DNA of 64,000 nucleotides from assembly GCA_028534125.1 (NCBI GenBank), contig CM052829.1, positions 1,116,001 to 1,180,000 of the forward strand, read 5' to 3'. The number at the start of each line of letters is the position of its first letter. Within the stretch, counting starts at the first letter, position 1. Shown in pieces: positions 49,398 to 61,352 of the stretch. The notes below the pieces were generated by a model, which saw only the letters and a list, made by a program, of their open reading frames with translations, had not been told where the DNA came from and made no database searches. The position numbers and the translations under genes were made by a program. Origin of the DNA: Lama glama (Eukaryota).

Positions 49398-51701
49398 AAC
49401 CGCCATCACTTACGCTCTCGAGCTATTTGCGCACATCCGCGTGCATCCTGAGCCACGCACAGCAACCACGTTCTCCGTGTCTGGTGACGTAAGTAATGTC
49501 ACGTTGTTTTAGTACAAACGCTGGGGCTTGGGGTTAACACTGTGAACTGACGTGAAGACACACCAGGGGAAAAAGCAACACATTCTCAGTTTGGTTTCTT
49601 CTGTGAAGAAGTACGAAAGAGCACCCAAAACAAGGTAAATTTTTAAAAGCACAGAATAACAAACAAACCACAGATTATTTACCTTTTGTTAAATAAATGT
49701 GCCTACTCCTACCAAAGAAGAGTATCTTCTAAACATGTGAAATAAATACAAAGGGAGCTCTCCTGACGCTGAAATCTCAGTGGCCGCGGTGGTCGTTCCG
49801 TACAACCTGAGTGTTTGCCGTTACAGCACCAGACTTAATGAAGTAAATTCTGCGTGTAGCATCTTAAAACACCAACCAGGTCCAGCTTTCTTCGGACGCT
49901 CAGAAAGAGCAAGCGTCTGGACACCACAGAGACAAGACCTGGGCGTTCCGCGCCTCGTGTCTGCGAACCAGCTCAGCACCGTCCTTCTGCGTTCTCCTCG
50001 TTTAGGCGGGTCTGAATCAAATTACAGTGGAGGGTACCTTGTGTAAACTGGAATTTCCTGAAACACTGTTTTCAGTCCCACTAAATACTGAAAGCCCGCA
50101 CTGCTTCTATTAGTTAATTAGAACCGACAGGTCACTTAAGGCCTAAAAACCTGGTAACAGTAAGAGACGGGTGAAACACGAACACACTTGTTCTATGAGA
50201 TCACACGGAACGAACTCTATCAAATCCTGAATAGCTTCCTACTGACAATTAAATTTGCTTTTTTTTTTAAAAAAAAAAGCACATATCCAGTGACATTTTT
50301 AAGATAATTTTGTATTTCTTTCTCGAGTTAAATGTAGGCCCCACCACATGGATTCCCCCATGGGAAGATCGCAAGGTCCACCTGAAAATCTGAAACAGCC
50401 GGCGTCTGAATCAATTCCCCACGCACTACGGCGCAGAGGCAAACCAAGTGAGTTTTGGAAATGCGGTGACAAGATGGAACAAAACTAACCCCGTTTCTAA
50501 AGATCAGGAGAGAGGCCCTCAGGTTCACATCTTCACTCAGTAGCAAAATGTGCCCGTAATGGTCTCCTCGAGGAAGCAAACGCTACAGATCCCACACTGC
50601 GGGTCACGTGCCTGCTGCGTGAGCACGTGAGTCAGACCCTCGGGTTTTGCTGTTTCTCGTCTCAGCCCCGGGGGAGGCAGCCAGAAAGCAGAGGCATGGC
50701 TCGGGGCGGCACCAAGGAGAAGGGGCAGGTGGGACCCTGGGTGGGACAGCAACAAGGCACATGGCGGGGTCGGAGCCCCGTGCGGAGCCCCGTGTGGAGG
50801 GGCTTGGGCCCCCCTCCCGCTGCACCTGCGGGGGCCACGCCTCACGGGGCATCTGAGTGGCCCCCCCACAGTCTGTCCTGGGGCTTCCAGGGAGCCGGTA
50901 AGGTACCCAGAGCAGGGCACTTCCATCAGGAGCCGTCGTGAGGGCAGTGACGGGGGAGGACAGTGACGAGGCAATCGGGCGACTCGCCGACACCGGAACG
51001 GTGGCAAACCGTTGGGATTTGTATTAAAAATGCACTTGGAAAGAAAACCCACCAGCACCGGCAGCAAAGACCTGAGGGGGCAGGTCTTCCCTCGAGGCCA
51101 GTCCTAGAAACGTCTGCGCCGGGCCTGAGCGCCCCTTGGCCAAACGCCTAAGCCTGGAAGGACCACCGCGTGCCAGTAAGAACTGGCAGAAAGCTGCACT
51201 CGAAAAGGCCGCGGACGCGCCGTGAAGGTAGCGGGGAGCGTGAGCCCGAGCTGCAGAAAGCATCGGCTTCCATGAACGGGGTGAAAGCCCTCGCCCGACC
51301 GGCAGCGACCCATCTCCCGTCTACATGGTGACGACTGCCCGTGTAAAAGGCGGAAGTTCCGGCCGACACTGGCGTGTCGCAAGTGCAACCCACAGGTTCA
51401 CGGATTTCGAACTAAATTAGCAAGGGGTGTGACGTCCCCGAAATCACGTCAAAAGCAAAGACTTCCTGCCAAGCATCCCCCTCTGTATCTAACACTGCAG
51501 TCTGCTCGGCGTCTGCAGAGGGACCTCTCAAATTACCTAGCGAGTTTAACAGAATACCCCAATTTGAACTATATTTTGGTGGTCAAGCCACAGAATTACT
51601 CGCATGGCTCCTTGGTAACCAGGGAAAAAGATGTGCTTCGCCCGTAACTTCCACAAGCCCCTCCAGGTCTGTGAACTCCATCACACGAGGCCCCTTTTTA
51701 C

Positions 51702-51776
51702 CTGAATTCTTACTGGTTTTGTTCTGTCGACTTTTAACTTGTTCAGTCCAAAGTGTGGGGTAACGCGATGCGATAT
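51702..51776 (-). CDS. SMOC2: SMOC2 coding exon (exon 7, 75 nt, phase 1-1): DIASRYPTLWTEQVKSRQNKTSKNS
   Basis: Acceptor ttttgctttattag|AT ATC GCA and donor TCA G|gtaaa. Peptide in ORF 51583..51798(-). Contains an N-K-T sequon. Confidence 0.96.
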
Positions 51777-52754
51777 CTAATAAAGCAAAATAAAACAAAA
51801 ATTATTGTAATTCATCACGAAAGCATAAGTAAAGATTTCACCTCTCAAGTAAAGAACTCAGCAGGCATTCTGAAAGCCAAAAAACTCAACACAATAAACA
51901 AATACATACAGTACATTTTAAAAGAAACGGGAAAATGATTATGTGTGTGAGACAAAAGGAAACGACAGTACACAGTACAAAAATCTTCAGCATGTATTTT
52001 TCTTCCTTTCTTCATCTAAAAGTGTAAATAAAAGTAATATAAACCAGACAGGCTCCACTGGGAAGAAACAGGTTTTGGCCAAAAGCCCAAAGTCCGGGAA
52101 GCTATCCCTGCTCGGTGAGGTGTCACTCCTGGAACGCGCAGGCTGTGCGCTCGGCTGCAGGACTCTGCACGAAGTGCAACGTGTGAACTGTAACTTTGCC
52201 TTAAACGTCCTAGGAACACATCTATTCGGTAATATTGTTTAACAGATACGGCTGAATATTCACGGTGTGGGTCGTACACCACGTGCCCCAGGGCCACGCG
52301 GAGGCAGACTGGCTGGGTAGGACACGCCTCTGCCGTCTGCCACATTGTGAACCTCCGTGTTCTGCCAGTGGAGTGGTGTTCCGAGGGCTCCGTGAGCCCA
52401 CGTAACCGAGTGCGTGGCAGTTGGTGCCGCACACAAGGCAGTTGTTGTCACTGTCATTTGCAAACCACAATGTAAGCCTACCTTTCTATCTTTGATTTAT
52501 TAGGTGTGGTCCTCACATTCTGTCTTCAGACCCCGATCCCTTTGGACCTGAGAACGTGTGAGACAGGGGCCAACACCCACGACGATGTATCAAAGCTGAG
52601 GGTCAACCCTGTCACGACCACAGAGTCCGCGGGACTTAGAAACATCCTTACACGTGTGCCCTCGTGAAGCTGGCCTCACGCGCCATGTGCTGGTGACCAC
52701 GCGATGCAGGGTGAGCAGGGAAATGGCATGTTGCTGTGCCCTTTTCCTTTTCGT

Positions 52755-53008
52755 ATTTTTTCACTGAAGTGTAGTCAGCTTACAATGTTGTGTCAAAATC
52801 TGGTGCCCAGCACAGTGCTTCGGTCACCCATGAACACACACATATTCATTTTCATGTTCTTTTTCACCATAAGTAACTACAAGATACTGAGTACAGTTCC
52901 CTGTGCTCTACAGGAGAAACCTGTTGTTTACCTATTTTATATATAGTAGTTAGTATAGTATCTGCAAATCCTGAACTCCCACTTTATCCCTTCCCACCCC
53001 CTTCCCCT
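52755..53008 (-). mobile_element. LINE-1 3' UTR fragment, camelid-type, sense to SMOC2
   Basis: tgaagtgtagtcagcttacaatgttgtgtc...tacagttccctgtgctctacag...atctgcaaatcctgaactccc is homologous to the reverse complement of the 14483-14799 element. Confidence 0.88.
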
Positions 53009-53315
53009 CATACCCTTTTGAAACGTCTATTTCATTTCATTCAACTGATAAAATTTCAACTCAGAGACTTACACTTAAAGAAAGGCCCTTTTCTCCCCTG
53101 AGGTTTCTGTTCCTTTTTTCCCCTCTTCTTACTTTCGACTTAAAGAAAAGCAGCGTGCCCACACTCTCCACGCCGTCAGGAGAGACGGGGGCTCCAGAAA
53201 GCTGGGGAGGGCCGAAAGCAGCCCGTCCTGCACGCAGTCCTGGCGAGATGCCCCGCCCACGCCCGGCCCCACCGACCCCCGACCGTGACCCCAGCCCGCC
53301 CCTCCCCAGGCTCAC

Positions 53316-53366
53316 CTTCCTCGTCTCCCTGCGGCTGAGTGTCCAGCACGGGGGCTGAGGCATCAT
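53316..53366 (-). CDS. SMOC2: SMOC2 coding exon (exon 6 short form, 51 nt, phase 1-1): DDASAPVLDTQPQGDEE
   Basis: Acceptor ttctgaattcag|AT GAT GCC and donor GAA G|gtgag. Peptide visible in ORF 53176..53568(-). Similar to human DDAAAPALETQPQGDEE. Confidence 0.95.
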
Positions 53367-53399
53367 CTGAATTCAGAACGGAAAAGATTTGCAAGGAGA
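53367..53399 (-). CDS. SMOC2: SMOC2 exon 6 alternative 5' extension (33 nt, upstream acceptor): VSLQIFSVLNS
   Basis: Upstream acceptor gtgattgtag|TC TCC TTG CAA ATC TTT TCC GTT CTG AAT TCA G is in frame with exon 5. Same 11-aa insert as I recall for the long human isoform. Confidence 0.8.
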
Positions 53400-53530
53400 C
53401 TACAATCACGAGAGTAAGCCGAGTAAGTGCACGCTCGGAGGACGCGCAGGGCCGCAGCGGCCCGCAGACCAGCCCGCCGCCCCCCACTGCACGGCCCGGG
53501 AGCGGCGGCCTCAAGACGCCGCTCCAGTGA

Positions 53531-53630
53531 GGGGGTCGGGGGGACAGCCCGGGGTGGGGCACGCGCACTAGGCCCTGGGTTCAAGCCCCAGTGCCTCTAC
53601 TTAAATAAATTAAATTAAATTAAATTAAAT
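53531..53630 (+). mobile_element. tRNA-derived SINE (camelid Vic-1-like), GC-shifted head, (TAAAT)n tail
   Basis: aggccctgggttcaagccccagtgcctctac (B box region) followed by ttaaataaattaaattaaattaaattaaat. Probable TSD tcaagacgccgctc / tcaaatgctgctc. Confidence 0.8.
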
Positions 53631-56211
53631 CAAATGCTGCTCAGGGCTCCCAACAAATCCCATGGGGGAGTGTCAGTGGTGGTGTAACCCGTTGGGGCCG
53701 ACAGGGCTGGTGTAGGGGGAGGAGCAGTAAAGTGGTCCTGGGGGAAGGTGGGGGGCAGGAGCCCCTGGTCTCCCGAGTGGAAGGCGCCCTGGGGGTGTCT
53801 GACCCCCGGCCTCCTGTGACCACGTCCGCAGGAGAGGACACGTGAGAGGGCGGGGACAAGGACAAAGGCGTCAGAGGACAGAGGAGGGGTGTGGATGCTA
53901 CAACCCTACGCCACGTCCCTGTGTTCCACACGCATCGTCTTTCTTCAATTAGCTGAAAGCCCCCTTTGGCTCCCTGTAAAGGAGCCCGCGGAGGGTCTGC
54001 CCCCTGCAGCGGGCCCCACGGGGACGCAGTTACGAGGCCCGCTGTAAAGCCCCCAGGACCCCCCCAGCCTTTTCACCCAGGCTTGCTCATCCATGTGATT
54101 CTGTTACATAATAATTTCAGAATCAGAACACGCTAAACAGGCAGGAATAAGGGGCAGCTATGTTTAACCTCGTCAGCTGTGCCCCATTCCCGCCCCCGCC
54201 TCCGGCAGCGGAGGAATAAAAATGAAGTTTCCCGTATGCTCCTTCCAGGGGAAAGCCGAAGAAAAAGTTTTTAAAAATCCTCAACATTTAACCATCTCTC
54301 GAAAAAAGCTTCCCATCTGTCAAAACACTGACAAAATGTAGCATCGTTTCTTTGCAGTGCTCAAGGCTAACGATGATGCTAAGAGCGCTTCTCTGTGGAT
54401 TATTGTGTACCCTTCTTCCAAGAATGAAAATGGGGAACATATTTAACATATTTGAAGCAGAACAGACTGAGAAAAAGTCTGCATATTTAAAAGCCCCCTG
54501 GAATGACAGCCACCAAGCACATGATTGATGCTGTACATTTTTGCTGAGGCTTGAATGGGTCACCACTTGGGGGCCACCAGCCTGACCGCTGGGGCCCCGC
54601 CAGCCTGAGTTCTCAGCCGAGCTCACCCTGGCGAGGGGCGAGCGGGCGTCCTAGAGGGCGGGTGAGGAGCGACCGCCCCCATGCCCCTACCTGCCATCCC
54701 TGGTTCCTGCCTCTGGCCCTCCGCCCACAGGACCCCTCACCCCGCCCGTGCTCCGGCCCCTTGAGTGCGGGTCCCCGCGTGACAAGCCTGCCGACACCTG
54801 CAGAGCTCAGCCTCCAGAAAGCGACGGGGCGTGGCGAGCTCGCCCCCCCCTCCAGGGCTCGTCCCGCCCAGAAGCGGCTTGGTTACTTTAGTTCAGGCGT
54901 TTCCTCTGCCGTGCGTGTCTGTGGACCAGGGGCTCAGTAGGAGGAACGTGGTCTTTCCTTAAATCCATTTCTGAGCCCACGTGCCAATTCCCCAGGGATT
55001 TAAAAAAAAATTTACAGCGGATTTGACACGTATCAGCACGAACAGGACCAGGATGCCCCCCCACCCCCCTCTCGGTTTCTAATCATGAACATCGCACGTC
55101 CTCTCCTCTGAGGGTGCCAGTGCGCCCAGCCCGCATCTCAGAGACTCAGATCCCAGCGTTCTGTGCAATGAATGCATTTCCTCCAAATGCAAATGGTCTC
55201 CCAGCCTGGGTCTGACCCCTCACCTGCAGGATGGGCCCTTGTCCCCGGCCAGGAGGCTCTCTGTTCCACATTACACCTGTCCCCACTCTCATGCCCCCCT
55301 CTCTACAACACCCCCTCCTCCACGAACCCTCCCCGAGGGCCGTCCACGCTGGCCGGCATTTACTCGGGGGCCAATGTGTGCCGGTCCTGTGGATTTATCT
55401 TAAAGTTACAGACTTTACAATCTTTCCAGGGCAGGGACGGTGCCCACCGTGGTTTCAATACACGCTCAAGAGAGCGGGGTTGGATAAAACTCGGGTCTAT
55501 TCGACTGTACGTCACTTTTCCTTATTACTGGTCTATATACTACAGCCTGCACCAGAAAAAAGTGCCTAAGGTTTTGTACAGTCTTTTCATTTCATCTTAC
55601 AAATAGATTCTGACTTCACAGGTTGCTGTGAGATAAAAGAAACTGTGCGGCTGGGACTAAGGGGTGGTGGCTGAGGAATGGGCGAAGACAGCGGTGCCCC
55701 CTGGGACCTGGCGAACTAGCGGCCACCAGCAAGGCGCCCGGGGCCAGGGCAATTGCAGAGGGGACCGTCCCTGCTCCGTCTGGCTCGCGCTGGCGCTGGT
55801 CCCAGAAGGAGTGCCTGTCCCAGGTGGAAACGGGCCTCTTTCTTATGAGGAGCCAGTGACATGTCTGGATCTTGTGCTTTGAGTTCAGTGCGGAGCCAAA
55901 GTCATCCCCCGCGCCCCCCGTGCGGGTGTGGACGTGGGCAGTGCTACCGTCGCCCACAGGTGGCCCCACACAAGCCGAGCCTGGGAGGCGACCCGCACAC
56001 CAGCAGCTCTTCCAGACGGTGCAGCCGGCACCCACAAGTTCCCCGGCCACCTTAGGGCTGCGGAGACGTTCGCTGAACCAGCGAGTAATTAGCACATGGG
56101 CTCCCACCTCATCACTAGTAAAAGCTGACATTTTAACTTGAGAAGTTATTTTTAGGCCTGGATTGGACTCACTGTAATAAAATAGCAAGAAATTCATTTT
56201 AAGATAGTTAC

Positions 56212-56259
56212 CTGTTTTCCCCGTGCCTTCCCGTTGGGGTAACTTCTCATTTATAGAAC
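56212..56259 (-). CDS. SMOC2: SMOC2 coding exon (exon 5, 48 nt, phase 1-1): (G)SINEKLPQREGTGKT
   Basis: Minus strand reads tcccctttcag|GT TCT ATA AAT GAG AAG TTA CCC CAA CGG GAA GGC ACG GGG AAA ACA G|gtaac. Matches human GSVNEKLPQREGTGKT as recalled. Too short for the ORF track. Confidence 0.95.
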
Positions 56260-58469
56260 CTGAAAGGGGAAGATAAGGGGTGAAATTATTGGCTCTCAGG
56301 TGTCATCAGTAATTATCACACGGATATAAATCAACTACACACGCTAAAAAAATTTTAAATTTTTAAAATCCCCCCCAAAAAGAAATCTTTAGTTAGCAGG
56401 TGAACACTATATATGAATAAAAACAATATAAATTTTGACACAGGAGCTTGTTCCATTGGGAGGAATTCACAGTGCTTTGTCTAGATAAAAAACACAAGGT
56501 ACCTAGTACCCCAAGGCGACACTGTCATCCGAAACCACAAGGAAACGTAAGATTACCTCCTCCCTCTGTGGTCACCTGGCTTGTCATGAACATAAGACCC
56601 TTTAGGGGACAAAATATTGCAGTTTCTTCACCCGAAAAAATGTCCTAATAACCTTTTTAACATTCATCACTATGGGGGGGCAGTACAGTGAATTAGATTT
56701 TAAAAACTTTAAAAATAATAAAAGATATGCAACTAAAAATAAATAAAAACCCTCATTTCAGCTGAATTGTGACTTATGGAAAACGGAGGAACCACTTGTA
56801 AGGGAAGCACAGCGAACACACTAACGGAAGCCGAGCGATTTGCGACACAGTCGTAACAGCTGCCCTGAAGTTCTGTGCAGCAGGCGGCAGGTGCTGTTCC
56901 TCCCTCCCCCTCAGGCTGCAACCGCTTCGGGCGCACTTCTTCCCCGTCATCACTGCACCCACGCAAAAGAGGAAGCGGATTCTGTTCCACGTTACTTTGG
57001 AGCTCGTCTGCCGGTCCAGTCCGGGGTCTCCCACTCAGGAGTCCCTCAGAATTCCCGTAACCGTTGCCAGGCAGGACTCCGCAGCAAAAGCATCTCAAGA
57101 AATGTAACTTGAAGTCCATGGCTTGCTTTTTTTCCCTTGGGAATATGGCACTGAAACAGACCCGCGCTGACACAAAGATGGACACTTTATGACATCTGGA
57201 GGCTGTTTATCTTGTCCTGGAAATACTGGCGGTGCTGCAGGACACGGTGCCGGCCTCTGGAAGGCCGTGCTCTGCAAGGACGGTCCCACGGTGTCTGCTT
57301 CCCTCCCCGGAAGAGACAGCCCCGCTCCCAGCTGCTCGTCTGAAACAAGTGAGCCACATGCATTTGGAAATGCACTTTGGTTGGCAGATAAAAACGACCC
57401 CGATGCTCCTGGTTCAGCTGTCCACGTGACGTGGGTGGTGCTCACCAAAGGGGCCGTCAGTCGTGGCCCGGCTGCTGCTGGGATGATTCAGTGACGTGCG
57501 ACCTGCTCCCAGGGTCAGAAGACGGGACTTTACTCCGGTGAGAAGCCCCGGGGGACACGGGGGCCGCCAAGGGGCCTCTGCACAAAGCCTTCAGGACCCT
57601 GCTTTTCTTTTCCCTCTCTTTGCACCATCTCTTTACAAATCCAGGTTTCTGAAAGGGCTTCAGGTTCTCAGTCATGAGTTTATTTTTATCCTGTGTTTCT
57701 GCAGTGAGTCAACAAAATGTTTACTATTTTGACTGGAAATGACGACATTTCAGCAATATTTCTGAATGCAACTGCACGGGTTTTACTATTCTGAGCCAAA
57801 TGAGAACAGCCCCAGTAGTAATGACACCACCCCCCACCCCCACCGAGAGAGCCTCTCACGTGAACGAAGACCCTGTAACCCGGGGCCTGGGGACTCCGCC
57901 CTGGCTCACGGCCTGAGGGGCCGCTGAGGTCTGGAGGGACATTTAGCAACTGTCTTCCTCCTCCCCCGGGCTCTCTTTCTCCCTCCGAACCAGCCAGTGC
58001 TGTGTTTCCTCATCAGCTCTGAATTCCATCAGCGTCCACTTACAGAAAAGCCACACGAAATTAATTCCACCTTGTTCTTAGTACACAGGAGGTCATTTTA
58101 ACACGGAGCCAAGTGCCCCTTGGTAACCTGCTCCATGATTCAAATATTCTGCCGCGCAGAATCTGGGGGCAAGTCCAACAGGGCACTTCTTCCCACCTGC
58201 AACCACCTCTGGACAAAAAGACCCCCTGAACCCTCCGGCCCGGCCTTCCCGCAGCTCCGGGGCCTCCAGGACCCAGGAGGCGGCGAGATCTGACGCCGCG
58301 CAGCCAGGCGGCTGGCAGCGCCAGCGCTCCCACCGCGTTTCCTTGCACGTAGGATTTGCTGACGAACCCTCAAGAGCTGGAACAGGTGAGATTCCAGGGT
58401 GTTCGGTGCAGAAAGAGGGCCCGGACAGAGGACTCTGGAAAGCAGTGAACAGCCCTGCCGACCGGGGCT

Positions 58470-58600
58470 GGCTGGCTGGACCTTCAGGCAAGAAGGCTCT
58501 GGCCTCAGTTTCCTGTTTCAAAGGACACACTTGAATTCCTCCCACTGCAGCCCTCACCCCATTTAAAGGCTATTGTAAAAGGGTGGCTTTGCAGCACTTA
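58470..58600 (+). mobile_element. MIR fragment
   Basis: gaccttcaggcaag...ctctggcctcagtttcctg...ggctattgtaaaagg...gcagcacttag. Confidence 0.5.
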
Positions 58601-58960
58601 GGCTGTGCATTTCTGGTGGAGGAAACCACAAAGCTGCACTGTGAGAAGAACGCCTGTGGTTTAGGGGGAAAACAACGAGCCTCGTCACCCTGAGCCCTTG
58701 GTTCAAATCCAGCTGCACCCGGCAGCCCAGGGCGGGGCCGTGTTCAGCGAGGGGGCTGGAGGTCTGAGAGGAGCTCCTTGCACAAGCACTAAACGCACTG
58801 CATAAGCGACCGAGGGGAGGAGGGTCTGGGACGTGCGCGGCTGGGCGAGCACCGGCTCAGCCAGAGGGACGGACGGCCCCTCGGAGCCCGGCCAGCCCGG
58901 CTGCAGTGACTTACCCCGCCTGGGACCTCATGTCCGAGAGTTGATCACAATGTCACGTGG

Positions 58961-59101
58961 NNNNNNNNNNNNNNNNNNNNNNNNNNNNNNNNNNNNNNNN
59001 NNNNNNNNNNNNNNNNNNNNNNNNNNNNNNNNNNNNNNNNNNNNNNNNNNNNNNNNNNNNNNNNNNNNNNNNNNNNNNNNNNNNNNNNNNNNNNNNNNNN
59101 N
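58961..59101. other. Assembly gap (141 N)
   Basis: Run of n characters. Confidence 1.
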
Positions 59102-59379
59102 AGAGGCTAGTTCCCCAGCATCTTCTGGAAGAGACCCCTCCTCCCGCTCCTTGGGGTCAGACCACTAGGCTGACAACACTGGGCTCTGAAAGCAGAGGCC
59201 CCGTGAAGCCCGGTCATCGGGAGCTTGCAGCCTGCACGAGACCCAGCTCTGAGAAGCTCCGTCTGCTTTGCAGCGATAGGCATTCAACAGAAACTGTTCA
59301 AAGAATGCACATTACAGCTGTGCCTGTCGGGACTGTCTGTGCAGCTCCCCCTGCGTGTTGGTCATCGCTCTATGGCCTT

Positions 59380-59525
59380 CACATGCGTCAGGCCATCTAA
59401 TGCTGACAGCAAGCCTGCAGCAGGCACCACTGGTGTACCCATTAGATGGATGAGGAGACTGAGGCCCAGAGAGCTGCATGATGGCCAAGGTCACTGGGCC
59501 AGTAAGTGGCAGAAGCTGGGTCCGG
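59380..59525 (-). mobile_element. MIR fragment
   Basis: cccattagatggatgaggagactgaggcccagagag...ggccaaggtcactgggccagtaagtggcagaagctggg is the antisense MIR core. Confidence 0.75.
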
Positions 59526-61239
59526 GCTGTGCTTTTAGCCTGGACAGGAGCTAGCTTGGTCTGAGCGGCCAGGGCGCCCCCACCACAGAGGAAGATGGAA
59601 GGGGCGTGGGGCACAGGCCGGCGGGGGGGGGGGTGGAGCGCGGCAGGTCCCAGAGCACAGCCGACACTCGGAACACTCAGAAGCATCTCTGTAAACGGCA
59701 CGTCCTCTGTCTGCGGGGACACAGGCCACCCCTCCTCATCTCAGCCTCTGCAGAGCCCCATGCTGGGCCGCATGTGGAAGGCCTGAGGTCACTGCAGCCC
59801 TGGCGGTTCCGGGGGCACCATTTGACCTCAAACCTGCTCACCCCCTCCCAGCCGTGAGCAGGTGCAGGGGTGGGGAGCAGAGTCAGAGAGGGGCCGAGCC
59901 TGGGACACACTGCGAAGGTGCAGGGCCAGCGCCCCGACCACACAGGAGCAGGAGTTCCTAGAAACCAGCCGGCCCTGCCCCCGGCCCCCTGGTGGGGCGC
60001 TGCCCTGGGGTGGGCGTGAGGGGCCGTCATGCGGCTGAGAGGACGTGCACACCGGAGCCATCAGGCAGACTTTCGTAAACCAGTGCGGCACAATGCCCCG
60101 GCCACCTCCCAGAGCTGACGGGGACGCAGCCCCGTTTACGTCCGTGTCAAAGCAGGTGAGAAACTGAGACGTCCGAGCAGCAGGGGGGCCACGGCAGGTC
60201 CCCGAGTCCGCCTGCCGAGCGGCATCGGCGTGGCCCCATCCCTCCCAGCCGGACCCAGGGCCGGGAAGGCCCCGGGGGCTTCACTCCTGCCCACAGCACC
60301 AGCGTCCGGCTCTGACCTGTCCTGCGGTCTTCAGGGCATGGCAGGGATCGCGCCTTGGTACTGGCTGGTCCGATCCAAAACCAATTCCACGGCAACGCTT
60401 GCTGAGTGTTAGTAGACGGGGAGGCAGCTCTCCTGAATGGGAGGTCTTCTTGTGTGTGACATGAGACACTCTGGACCGACCACATCCAGGACGTCACAGG
60501 CAGATGTGACACCTGACACCAGGTGAGCGAGGTTTCCTAGAACCATGACTTCCAAGACCGCTGACCCTGGGGACCCCGGCTCTAAAGGAAACAGAGAAGG
60601 AAGCCACGGAAGCCGTCTGCACTTTCATCCTCCTGCCTCTGTGGACACAATAAAAGGGAATACAGACAATTCCTCCAGATTTCCAGTCCTGCGAGTAACT
60701 GGAAGTACAAACTCTACAGTTAATGAACGTCTCCACCCAGGGGAGGTCCTGAGACCCAGGGAAAAAGCGACCCACTCCTCCTGGAGTTTTCTCCATTCCC
60801 GGGCAGGGCTCTGCACGCCGTGAGCCCGATGGGGCACAGAAAGCAGCTGCCCCAACGCAGACTTCACCTGCGGCTGGGCCCCTCAGCAGCCAGCCCCCCC
60901 CCCGCCAGCTGGAGGGCCTCTTGTCCGCACTGCAGCCCCTGCCGAGACCTGGGTGCCCACCGTGAGCTCTGCCTGTGGCCCCTGTGGGGTCCCTGAGGCT
61001 GTGCCCCGACTTCTCAGCACCCGGGTCCAGCTGCTGTTCCGAGGCCCAGCACACCCCTTCCACCAGACGGCTGAGGGGCTCGGGCCAAAGGCTCCTGGTC
61101 ATCTTAGAGGATGTCCAGGCAGTGTGACCGAGACAGGACCCCAGCCGGCCGCCAGGCCACCCGGAGGGAGATCCAGGACGCCGCCAGCATTGGAGATGGA
61201 GTCGGCACGGGGTGGGGGTCTCGGGCTCCCCAGCCCGGA

Positions 61240-61352
61240 GGCACTGCGTCCTCACCTGGAAACGCATTAAAAAGTGGGCCCTCAGGCCTCCTCCCAGACC
61301 CACTGAATTAGAAATTCGGGGTGGAGCCCACGAGCCTGGGTTATCAAGCCCT
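61240..61352. mobile_element. MER5A-like hAT DNA transposon fragment
   Basis: tcacctggaaacgcattaaaaagtgggccctcaggcctcctcccagacccactgaattagaaattcgggggtggagccca...caagccc. Confidence 0.7.

Noticed and set aside
58961-59101. SMOC2 exon 4 hidden in the N gap
   Set aside because: Flanks show no coding or splice remnants. It cannot be excluded, but the exon more likely lies beyond the window end.
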